Shown here in pieces: positions 1 to 11,000 of a DNA stretch of 64,000 nucleotides. The position numbers were made by a program, and so were the translations under genes. Where the stretch lies: assembly GCF_009914755.1 (NCBI RefSeq), contig NC_060946.1. One strand, 5' to 3'. The first letter of the stretch is position 1, and each line of letters starts with the position of its first letter. Source of the DNA: the human T2T-CHM13v2.0 reference genome, Homo sapiens. A model generated the notes under the pieces. The model was given only the letters and a program-made list of their open reading frames with translations, did not search any database and was not told where the DNA came from.

Positions 1-3000
1 TTTGCACTGATCACCCAGGTGATGTAACACATCTAAGTTCGGCCTAAAAGAGCTTTGTGACACATCTCTGCACTGATCACTTAGGTGATGTAACACTTTT
101 ATAATCACTGCCTACAGGGAATTTTGACAAATCTCTGCACTGATCACCTAGGTGATGTAACTCTTGTCTACCCTCTGTCCAACGGGACATTGTGAAATAT
201 CTCTGCACTGAACACCCAGGTGATTCAACTCTTGACTAGGAACTGCCTACAGAGGTTATTGTGAAATATCTCTGCACTGATAAACTAGGTTGTGTAACCC
301 TTGTCCAAGCTCTGCCTACAGGGGCGTTTCCACATATCCCTGAACTGATGACAAAGGTGATGTAACTCTTGCCTAGGCTTTGCCTACAGGGGACATTGGA
401 CATATATCTGCACTGATCACCCAGGTGATGCAACTCTTGCCTAGGCTTGGCCTACACGGGACACTGTGACATATCTCTTCAATGATCACTCATGTGATGC
501 ATCTCTTGCCTAGGCTTCGCCAACAGGGGACATTGTGACATATCTCTGCACTGATCTCCCTGGTAATGTAACTTTAGTCTAGGCTCTGGCTACACGGCAT
601 TGTGACATATCACTGCACTGATCAACCAGGTGATATAACTCTTGTATAGGCTCTGCCTACAGGGGGATTGTGACCTACCTCTGCACTGATCACCCAGGTG
701 ATATAACTCTTCTCTAGGATCTGCCTACAGGGTGCTTTGTGACATATCCCTGCACTGATCACCAAGGTGACCTAACTCTGGTCTAAGCTCTGCCTAAAGG
801 GGCATTGTGACAGATCTCTGCACTGATCACTCAGTTGATGTAACTATTGTCTAGGCTCTGCTTAAAGGGGCCTTGTCACATATCCCTGCACTGATCACCC
901 AGGTGATGTAACTCTTGTCTAGGCTCTGCTTCCAGGGCATATTGTGACATAACTATGCACTGATCACCTTAGTGATGTAACACTTGTGTAGGCTCGGCCT
1001 ACAGAGGAATCTTGACATATCTCTGCACTGTTAAACGAGGTGATTTAACTCTTGTCTAGGCTGTGCCCACAGGGTGATTGAGAAATAGCTCTGCACTGAT
1101 CCCGAGGTGATCCAACTCTTGCCTGGTCTCTGCCTACTGGGGACATTGTGACATATCTCTGCACTGATCTCCCAGGTGCTGTAAATTTTGTCTAGGCTCT
1201 GGCTACAAGGCATTGGGACATATCACTGCACTGATCACCCAGGCGATACAACTCTTGTCTAGGCTCTGCCTACAATGGTTTTGTGACATATCTCTGCACT
1301 GATCACCCAGGTGATATAACTCTTCTCTAGGATCTGACCACGGGGTGCTTTGTGACATATTCCTGCAATGATCACCCAGGTGATATACCACTTGCCAAGG
1401 CTCTGCTTACAGGGGCATTGCAATGTATCTCTGCACTGATCACCTAGGTCTTGTAGCTGTTTTCTAGGATCTGCCTACAGGGTGCTTTGTGACGTGTCCC
1501 AGCAAGGATTACCCAGGTGATGTACCTCTCATCAAGGCTCTGCCTACAGGCACATTGCGATATATCTCTGCACTGATCACCTAGGTCATGTAACTTTTGT
1601 CTAGGCTCTACCTACGATGGCATTGTGACATATCTCTGCACTAATCATCCAAGTGATGTAACACTTGTCTAGGATGTGCCTAAATTAACTTTTTGACATA
1701 ACCCTGTACTGATCATCCAGGTGATGGGGCTTTTGTCTAGGCTCTGCCTAAGGGGGCATTGTGACATATTTCTGCATTGATCACCCAGGTGGCGAACTCT
1801 TCTCTTCGATCTGCCTATGGGGGCATTGTGAGAAATCTCTGCACTGATCACCCAGGTGATGTAACTGTTGTGTAACCTCTGCCTACAGGGGAATTGTGAG
1901 AGATCTCGCCACTGATTACCCAAGTGATGTAACCATTGTCTAGGCTTTGCGTACAGGGGGCTTTGTGACATTGCTTTGCACTGATCACCCAGGTGTTGTA
2001 ACACATCTAAGTTCGGCGTAAAGGAGCTTTGTGACACATCTCTGCACTGATCACTTAGGTGATGTAACACTTTTATAATCACTGCCTACAGGGAATTTTG
2101 ACAAATCTCTGCACTGATCACCTAGGTGATGTAAGTCTTGTCTACCCTCTGTCCAACGGGGCATTGTGAAATATCTCTGCACTGAACACCCAAGTGATTC
2201 AACTCTTGACTAGGAACTGCCTACAGAGGTTATTGTGAAATATCTCTGCACTGATAAACTAGGTTGTGTAACCCTTGTCCAAGCTCTGCCTACAGGGGCG
2301 TTTCCACATATCCCTGAACTGATGACAAAGGTGATGTAACTCTTGCCTAGGCTTTGCCTACAGGGGACATTGGACATATATCTGCACTGATCACCCAGGT
2401 GATGCAACTCTTGCCTAGGCTTTGCCTACAGGGGACACTGTGACATGTCTCTTCAATGATCACTCATGTGATGCATCTCTTGCCTAGGCTTTGCCAACAG
2501 GGGACATTGTGACATATCTCTGCACTGATCTCCCTGGTACTGTAACTTTAGTCTAGGCTCTGGCTACACGGCATTGTGACATATCACTGCACTGATCAAC
2601 CAGGTGATATAACTCTTGTATAGGCTCTGCCTACAGGGGGATTGTGACCTACCTCTGCACTGATCACCCAGGTGATATAACTCTTCTCTAGGATCTGCCT
2701 ACAGGGTGCTTTGTGACATATCCCTGCACTGATCACCCAGGTGACCTAACTCTGGTCTAAGCTCTGCCTAAAGGGGCATTGTGACAGATCTCTGCACTGA
2801 TCACTCAGGTGATGTAACTATTTTCTAGGCTCTGCTTAAAGGGGCCTTGTCACATATCCCTACACTGATCACCCAAGTGATGTAACTCTTGTCTAGGCTC
2901 TGCCTCCAGGGCATATTGTGACATAACTATGCACTGATCACCTTAGTGACGTAACACTTGTGTAGGCTCGGCCTACAGAGGAATCTTGACATATCTCTGC

Positions 3001-3818
3001 ACTGTTAAACGAGGTGATTTAACTCTTGACTAGGCTGTGCCCACAGGGGGATTGAGACATATATCTGCACTGATCCCGAGGTGATCCAACTCTTGCCTGG
3101 TCTCTGCCTACTGGGGACATTGTGACATATCTCTGCACTGATCTCCCAGGTTCTGTAAATTTTGTCTAGGCACTGGCTACAAGGCGTTGTGACATATCAC
3201 TGCACTGATCACCCAGGCGATACAACTCTTGTCTAGGCTCTGCCTACAGTGGTTTTGTGACATGTCCCTGCACTGATCACCCAGGTGACCTAACTCTGGT
3301 CTAAGCTCTGCCTAAAGGGGCATTGTGACAGATCTCTGCACTGATCACTCAGGTGATGTAACTATTGTCTAGGCTCTGCTTAAAGGGGCCTTGTCTCATA
3401 TCATTGCACTGATCACCCAGGTGATGTAACTCTCGTCTAGGCTCTGCTTCCAGGGCATATTGTGACATAACTATGCACTGATCACCTTAGTGATGTAACA
3501 CTTGTGTAGGCTCGGCCTACAGGGGAATCTTGACATATCTCTGCACTGTTTAACGAGGTGATTTAACTCTTGTCTAGGCTGTGCCCACAGGGGGATTGAG
3601 ACATATCTCTGCACTGATCCCGAGGTGATCCAACTCTTGCCTGGTCTCTGCCTACTGGGGACATTGTGACATATCTCTGCACTGATCTCCCAGGTGCTGT
3701 AAATTTTGTCTAGGCTCTGGCTACACGGCATTGTGACTTATCACTGCACTGATCACCCAGGCGATACAACTCTTGTCTAGGCTCTGCCTACAATGGTCTT
3801 GTGACATATCTCTGCACT
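1..3818 (+). repeat. HOR subfamily A block (29-mer; full m19 'ggcgatacaactcttg...caatggt' present)
   Basis: Private variants not fixed in B or C: m12 'ggtgacctaac', m13 'gcttaaagg', m14 'gacataactatg', m16 'aacgagg', m18 'gtaaattttg'. Confidence 0.8.
9..1982 (+). repeat. Reference higher-order repeat unit: 29 monomers, 1,974 bp (subfamily A)
   Basis: Monomer m1 (gatcacccaggtg.tgtaacacatctaagttcggc) starts at 9 and again at 1983, with 29 distinguishable monomers counted. The ORF pair at 236 and 2210 gives the same 1,974-bp offset. Confidence 0.93.
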
Positions 3819-5045
3819 GATCACCCAGGTGATATAACTCTTCTCTAGGATCTGCCTACAGGGTACTTTTTGACATATCCCTGCACTGATCACCCAGGTG
3901 ATCTAACTCTGGTCTAAGCTCTGTCTAAAGGGGCATTGTGACAGATCTCTGCACTGATCCCTCTGGTGATGTAAGTATTGTCTAGGCTCTGCTTCAAGGG
4001 GCTTTGTCACATATCTCTGCACTGATCATCCAGGTGATGTAACTCTTGTCTAGGCTCTGCTTCCAGGGTATATTGTGACATATCTACGCACTGATCACCT
4101 TAGTGATGTAACACTTTGGTAGGCTCGGCCTACAGGGGAATCTTGACATATCTCTGCACTGTTAACCGAGGTGATTTAACCCTTGTCTAGGCTGTGCCCA
4201 CAGGGGGATTGAGACATATCTCTGCACTGATCCCGAGGTGATACAACTCTTGCCTGGTCTCTGCCTACTGTGGACATTGTGACATATCTCTGCACTGATC
4301 TCCCAGGTGCTGTAACTTTAGTCTAGGCTCCGGCTACAAGGCATTTTGACATATCACTGCACTGATCACCCAGGCTATATAACTCTTCTCCAGGATCTGA
4401 TCACAGGGTGCTTTGTGACATATCCCTGCAATGATCACCCAGGTGTTATACCACTTGCCAAGGCTCTGCCTACAGGGGCATTGCAATGTATCTCTGCACT
4501 GATCACCTAAGTCTTGTAGCTATTTTCTAGGATCTGCCTACAGGGTGCTTTGTGACGTGTCCCAGCAAGGATTACCCAGGTGATCTACCTCTCATCAAGG
4601 CTCTGCCTACAGGCACATTGTGATGTATCTCTGCACTGATCACCTAGGTCATGTAACTTTTTTCTAGGCTCTACCTACGATGGCATTGTGACATATCTCT
4701 GCACTAATCATCCAAGTGATGTAACTCTTGTCTAGGATGTGCCTAAATTAACTTTTTGACATAACCCTGTACTGATCATCCAGGTGATGGAGCTTTTGTC
4801 TAGGCTCTGCCTAAGGGGGCATTGTGACATATTTCTGCATTGATCACACAGGTGGCGAACTCTTCTCTCGGGTCTGCCTATGGGGGCATTGTGAGAAATC
4901 TCTGCACTGATCACCCAGGTGATGTAACTGTTGTGTAACCTCTGCCTACAGGTTAATTGTGAGAGATCTCGTCACTGATTACCCAAGTGATGTAACCATT
5001 GTCTAAGCTTTGCGTACAGGGGGCTTTGTGACATACCTTTGCACT
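1983..5045 (+). repeat. Expanded 45-monomer HOR (3,063 bp) containing three tandem copies of block m12-m18
   Basis: m12 starts at 2731, 3275 and 3888 (offsets 544 bp = 8 monomers and 613 bp = 9 monomers). The ORF anchors 1669 and 4732 are 3,063 bp apart. Confidence 0.9.
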
Positions 5046-8000
5046 GATCACCCAGGTGATGTAACACATCAAAGTTCGGCCTAAAGGAGCTTCGTGATAT
5101 ATCTCTGCACTGATCACTTAGGTGATGTAACACTTTTATAATCACTGCCTACAGGGAATTTTGACAAATCTCTGCACTGATCACCTAGGTGATGTAACTC
5201 TTGTCTACCCTCTGTTCAACGGGGCATTGTAAAATGTCTCTGAACTGATCACCCAGGTGATTGAACTCTTGACTAGGAACTGCCTACAGAGGTTATTGTG
5301 AAATATCTCTGCACTGATAAACTAGGTGGTGTAACCCTTGTCCAAGCTCTGCCTACAGGGGCGTTTCCAGATATTCCTCAACTGATGACAAAGGTGATGT
5401 AACTCTTGCCTAGGCTTTGCCTATAGGGAACATTGGACATATAACTGCACTGATCACCCAGGTGATGCAACTCTTGCCTAGGCTTTGCCTACAGGGGACA
5501 TTGTGACATATCTCTTCAATGATCACTCATGTGATGCATCTCTTGCCTAGGCTTTGCCTACAGGCGACATTGTGACATATCTCTGCACTGATCTCCCAGG
5601 TGCTGTAACTTTAGTCTAGGCTCTGGCTACACGGCATTGTGACATATCACTGCACTGATCAACCAGGTGATATAACTCTTGTATAGGCTCTGCCTACAGG
5701 GGGATTGTGACCTACCTCTGCACTGATCACCCAGGTGATATAGCTCTTCTCTCGGATCTGCCTACAGGGTACTTTGTGACATATCCCTGCACTGATCACC
5801 CAGGTGATCTAACTCTGGTCTAAGCTCTGCCTAAAGGGGCATTGTGACAGATCTCTGCACTGATCCCTCTGGTGATGTAAGTATTGTCTAGGCTCTGCTT
5901 CAAGGGGCCTTGTCACATATCGCTGCACTGAACACCCAGGTGATGTAACTCTTGTCTAAGCTCTGCTTCCAGGGCATATTGTGACATATCTATGCACTGA
6001 TCACCTTAGTGATGTAACACTTTGGTAGGCTCGGCCTACAGGGGAAACTTGACATATCTCTGCACTGTTAACCGAGGTGATTTATCTCTTGTCTAGGCTG
6101 TGCCCACAGGGGGATTGAGACATATCTCTGCACTGATCCCGAGGTGATACAACTCTTGCCTGGTCTCTGCCTACTGTGGACATTGTGACATATCTCTGCA
6201 CTGATCTCCCAGGTGCTGTAACTTTAGTCTAGGCTCCGGCTACACGGCATTGTGACATATCACTGCACTGATCACCCAGGCGATATAACTCTTCTCTAGG
6301 ATCTGACCACAGGGTGCTTTGTGACATATCCCTGCAATGATCACCCAGGTGATATACCACTAGCCAAGGCTCTGCCTACAGGGGCATTGCAATGTATCTC
6401 TGCACTGATCACCTAGGTCTTGTAGCTATTTTCTAGGATCTGCCTACAGGGTGCTTTGTGACGTGTCCCAGCAAGGATTACCCAGGTGGTGTACCTCTCA
6501 TCAAGGCTCTGCCTACAGGCACATTGTGATGTATCTCTGCACTGATCACCTAGGTCATGTAACTTTTGTCTAGGCTCTACCTACGATGGCATTGTGACAT
6601 ATCTCTGCACTAATCATCCAAGTGATGTAACTCTTGTCTAGGATGTGCCTAAATTAACTTTTTCACATAACCCTGTACTGATCATCCAGGTGATGGAGCT
6701 TTTGTCTAGGCTCTGCCTAAGGGGGCATTGTGACATATTTCTGCATTGATCACCCAGGTGGCGAACTCTTCTCTCGGATCTGCCTATGGGGGCATTGTGA
6801 GAAATCTCTGCACTGATCACCCTGGTGATGTAACTGTTGTGTTCCCTCTGCCTACAGGTTAATTGTGAGAGATCTCGTCACTGATTACCCAAGTGATGTA
6901 ACCATTGTCTAGGCTTTGCGTACAGAGGGCTTTGTGACACACCTTTGTAATGATCACCCAGGTGATGTAACACATCTAAGTTCGGCCTAAAGGAGCTTTG
7001 TGACATATATCTGCACTGATCACTTAGGTGATGTAACACTTTTATAATCACTGCCTACAGGGAATTTTGACAAATCTCTGCACTGATCACCTAGGTGATG
7101 TAACTCTTGTCTACCCTCTGTCCAACGGGGCATTGTGAAATATCTCTGCACTGATCACACAGGTGATTCAACTCTTGACTAGGAACTGCCTACAGAGGTT
7201 ATTGTGAAATATCTCTGCACTGATAAACTAGGTGGGTAACCCTTGTACAAGCTCTGCCTATAGGTGCGTTTCCACATATCCCTGAACTGATGACAAAGGT
7301 GATGTAACTCTTGCCTAGGCTTTGCCTACAGGGAACATTGGACATATATCTGCACTGATCACCCAGGTGATGCAACTCTTGCCTAGGCTTTGCCTAAAGG
7401 GGACATTGTGACATATCTCTTCAATGATCACTCATGTGATGCATCTCTTGCCTAGGCTTTGCGTACAGGGGACATTGTGACATATCTCTGCACTGATCTC
7501 CCAGGTGCTGTAACTTTAGTCTAGGCTCTGGCTACACGGCATTGTGACATATCACTGCACTGATCAACCAGGTGATATAACTCTTGTATAGGCTCTGCCT
7601 ACAGAGGGATTGTGACCTACATCTGCACTGATCACCCAGGTCATATAACTCTTCTCTAGGATCTGCCTACAGGGTATTTTGTGACATATCCCTGCACTGA
7701 TCACCCAGGTGATCTAACTCTGGTCTAAGCTCTGCCTAAAGGGGCATTGTGACAGATCTCTGCACTGATCCCTCTGGTGATGTAAGTATTGTCTAGGCTC
7801 TGCTTCAAGGGGCCTTGTCACATATCGCTGCACTGATAACCCAGGTGATGTAACTCTTGTCTAGGCTCTGCTTCCAGGCCATATTGTGACATATCTATGC
7901 ACTGATCACCTTAGTGATGTAACACTTTGGTAGGCTCGGCCTACAGGGGAATCTTGACATATCTCTGCACTGTTAACCGAGGTGATTTATCTCTTGTCTA

Positions 8001-11000
8001 GGCTGTGCTCACAGGGGGATTGAGACATATCTCTGCACTGATCCCGAGGTGATACAACTCTTGCCTGGTCTCTGCCTACTGTGGACATTGTGACATATCT
8101 CTGCACTGATCTCCCAGGTGCTGTAACTTTAGTCTAGGCTCCGGCTACACGGCATTGTGACATATCACTGCACTGATCACCCAGGCGATATAACTCTTCT
8201 CTAGGATCTGACAACAGGGTGCTTTGTGACATATCCCTGCAATGATCACCCAGGTGATATACCACTAGCCAAGGCTCTGCCTACAGGGGCATTGCAATGT
8301 ATCTCTGCACTGATCACCTAGGTCTTGTAGCTATTTTCTAGGATCTGCCTACAGGGTGCTTTGTGACGTGTCCCAGCAAGGATTACTCAGGTGGTGTACC
8401 TCTCATCAAGGCTCTGCCTACAGGCACATTGTGATGTATCTCTGCACTGATCACCTAGGTCATGTAACTTTTGTCTAGGCTCTACCTACGATGGCATTGT
8501 GACATATCTCTGCACTAATCATCCAAGTGATGTAACTCTTGTCTAGGATGTGCCTAAATTAACTTTTTGACATAACCCTGTACTGATCATCCAGGTGATG
8601 GAGCTTTTGTCTAGGCTCTGCCTAAGGGGGCATTGTGACATATTTCTGCATTGATCACCCAGGTGGCGAACTCTTCTCTCGGATCTGCCTATGGGGGCAT
8701 TGTGAGAAATCTCTGCACTGATCACCCAGGTGATGTAACTGTTGTGTAACCTCTGCCTACAGGGAAACTGTGAGAGATCTCGTCACTGATTACCCAAGTG
8801 ATGTAACCATTGTCTAGGCTTTGCGTACAGGGGGCTTTGTGACATACCTTTGCACTGATCACCCAGGTGATGTAACACATCTAAGTTCGGCCTAAAGGAG
8901 CTTTGTGACATATCTCTGCACTGATCACTTAGGTGATGTAACACTTTTATAATCACTTCCTACAGGGAATTTTGACTAATCTCTGCACTGATCACCTAGG
9001 TGATGTAACTCTTGTCTACCCTCTGTCCAACGTGGCATTGTGAAATATATCTGCACTGATCACCCAGGTGATTCAACTCTTGACTAGGAACTGACTACAG
9101 AGGTTATTGTGAATTATCTCTGTACTGATAACCTAGGTGGGGTAACCCTTGTCCAAGCTCTGCCTACAGGGGCGTTTCCACATATCCCTGAACTGATGAC
9201 CAAGGTGATGTAACTCTTGCCTAGGCTTTGCCTACAGGGAACATTGGACATATATCTGCACTGATCACCCAGGTGATGCAACTCTTGCCTAGGCTTTGCC
9301 TACAGGGGACATTGTGACATATCTCTTCAATGATCACTCATGTGATGCATCTCTTGCCTAGGCTTTGCCTACAGGCGACATTGTGACATATCTCTGCACT
9401 GATCTCCCAGGTGCTGTAACTTTAGTCTAGGCTCTGGCTACACGGCATTGAGACATATCACTGCACTGATCAACCAGGTGATATAACTCTTGTATAGGCT
9501 CTGCCTACAGGGGGATTGTGACCTACCTCTGCACTGATCACCCAGGTCATATAACTCTTCTCTAGGATCTGCCTACAGGGTACTTTGTGACATATCCCTG
9601 CACTGATCACCCAGGTGATCTAACTCTGGTCTAAGCTCTGCCTAAAGGGGCATTGTGACAGATCTCTGCACTGATCCCTCTGGTGATGTAAGTATTGTCT
9701 AGGCTCTGCTTCAAGGGGCCTTGTCACATATTTCTGCACTGATCACCCAGGTGATGTAACTCTTGTCTAGGCTCTGCTTCCAGGCCATATTGTGACATAT
9801 CTACGCACTGATCACCTTAGTGATGTAACACTTTGGTAGGCTCGGCCTACAGGGGAATCTTGACATATCTCTGCACTGTTAAACGAGGTGATTTAACTCT
9901 TGTCTAGGCTGTGCCCACAGGGGGATTGAGACATATCTCTGCACTGATCCCGAGGTGATACAACTCTTGCCTGGTCTCTGCCTACAGTGGACATTGTGAC
10001 ATATCTCTGCACTGATCTCCCAGGTGCTGTAACTTTAGTCTAGGCTCCGGCTACACGGCATTGTGACATATCACTGCACTGATCACCCAGGCGATATAAC
10101 TCTTCTCTAGGATCTGACCACAGGGTGCATTGTGACATATCCCTGTAATGATCACCCAGGTGATATACCACTTGCCAAGGCTCTGCCTACAGGGGCATTG
10201 CAATGTATCTCTGCACTGATCACCTAGGTCTTGTAGCTATTTTCTAGGATCTGCCTACAGGGTGCTTTGTGACGTGTCCCAGCAAGGATTACCCAGGTGA
10301 TGTACCACTCATCAAGACTCTGCCTACAGGCACATTGTGATGTATCTCTGCACTGATCACCTAGGTCATGTAACTTTTTTCTAGGCTCTACCTACGATGG
10401 CATTGTGACATATCTCTGCACTAATCATCCAAGTGATGTAACTCTTGTCTAGGATGTGCCTAAATTAACTTTTTGACATAACCCTGTACTGATCATCCAG
10501 GTGATGGAGCTTTTGTCTAGGCTCTGCCTAAGGGGGCATTGTGACATATTTCTGCATTGATCACCCAGGTGGCGAACTCTTCTCTCGTATCTGCCTATGG
10601 GGGCATTGTGAGAAATTTCTGCACTGATCACCAAAATGATGTAACTGTTGTGTTACCTCTGCCTACAGGTTAATTGTGAGAGATCTCGTCACTGATTACC
10701 CAAGTGATGTAACCATTGTCTAGGCTTTGCGTACAGGGGGCTTTGTGACATACCTTTGCACTGATCACCCAGGTGATGTAACACATCAAAGTTCGGCCTA
10801 AAGGAGCTTTGTGACATATCTCTGCACTGATCACTTAGGTGATGTAACACTTTTATAATCACTGCCTACAGGGAATTTTGACAAATCTCTGCACTGATCA
10901 CCTAGGTGATGTAACTCTTGTCTACCCTCTGTCCAACGGGGCATTGTGAAATGTCTCTGCACTGATCACCTAGATGATTCAACTCTTGACTAGGAACTAC

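Noticed and set aside
140-160. CACCTAGGTG core resembling the palindromic T-box (Brachyury) site
   Set aside because: The flanks do not match the TCACACCT/AGGTGTGA half-site, and it occurs in only about one monomer per HOR.
1669-2082. 137-aa ORF kept open in A and most C units but interrupted in B
   Set aside because: One change (tctcgccact to tctcgtcact, Trp to stop) closes it in B, and further stops occur in C (49947, 53758). Its persistence is explained by array homogenisation, and there is no evidence of a promoter or of coding constraint.
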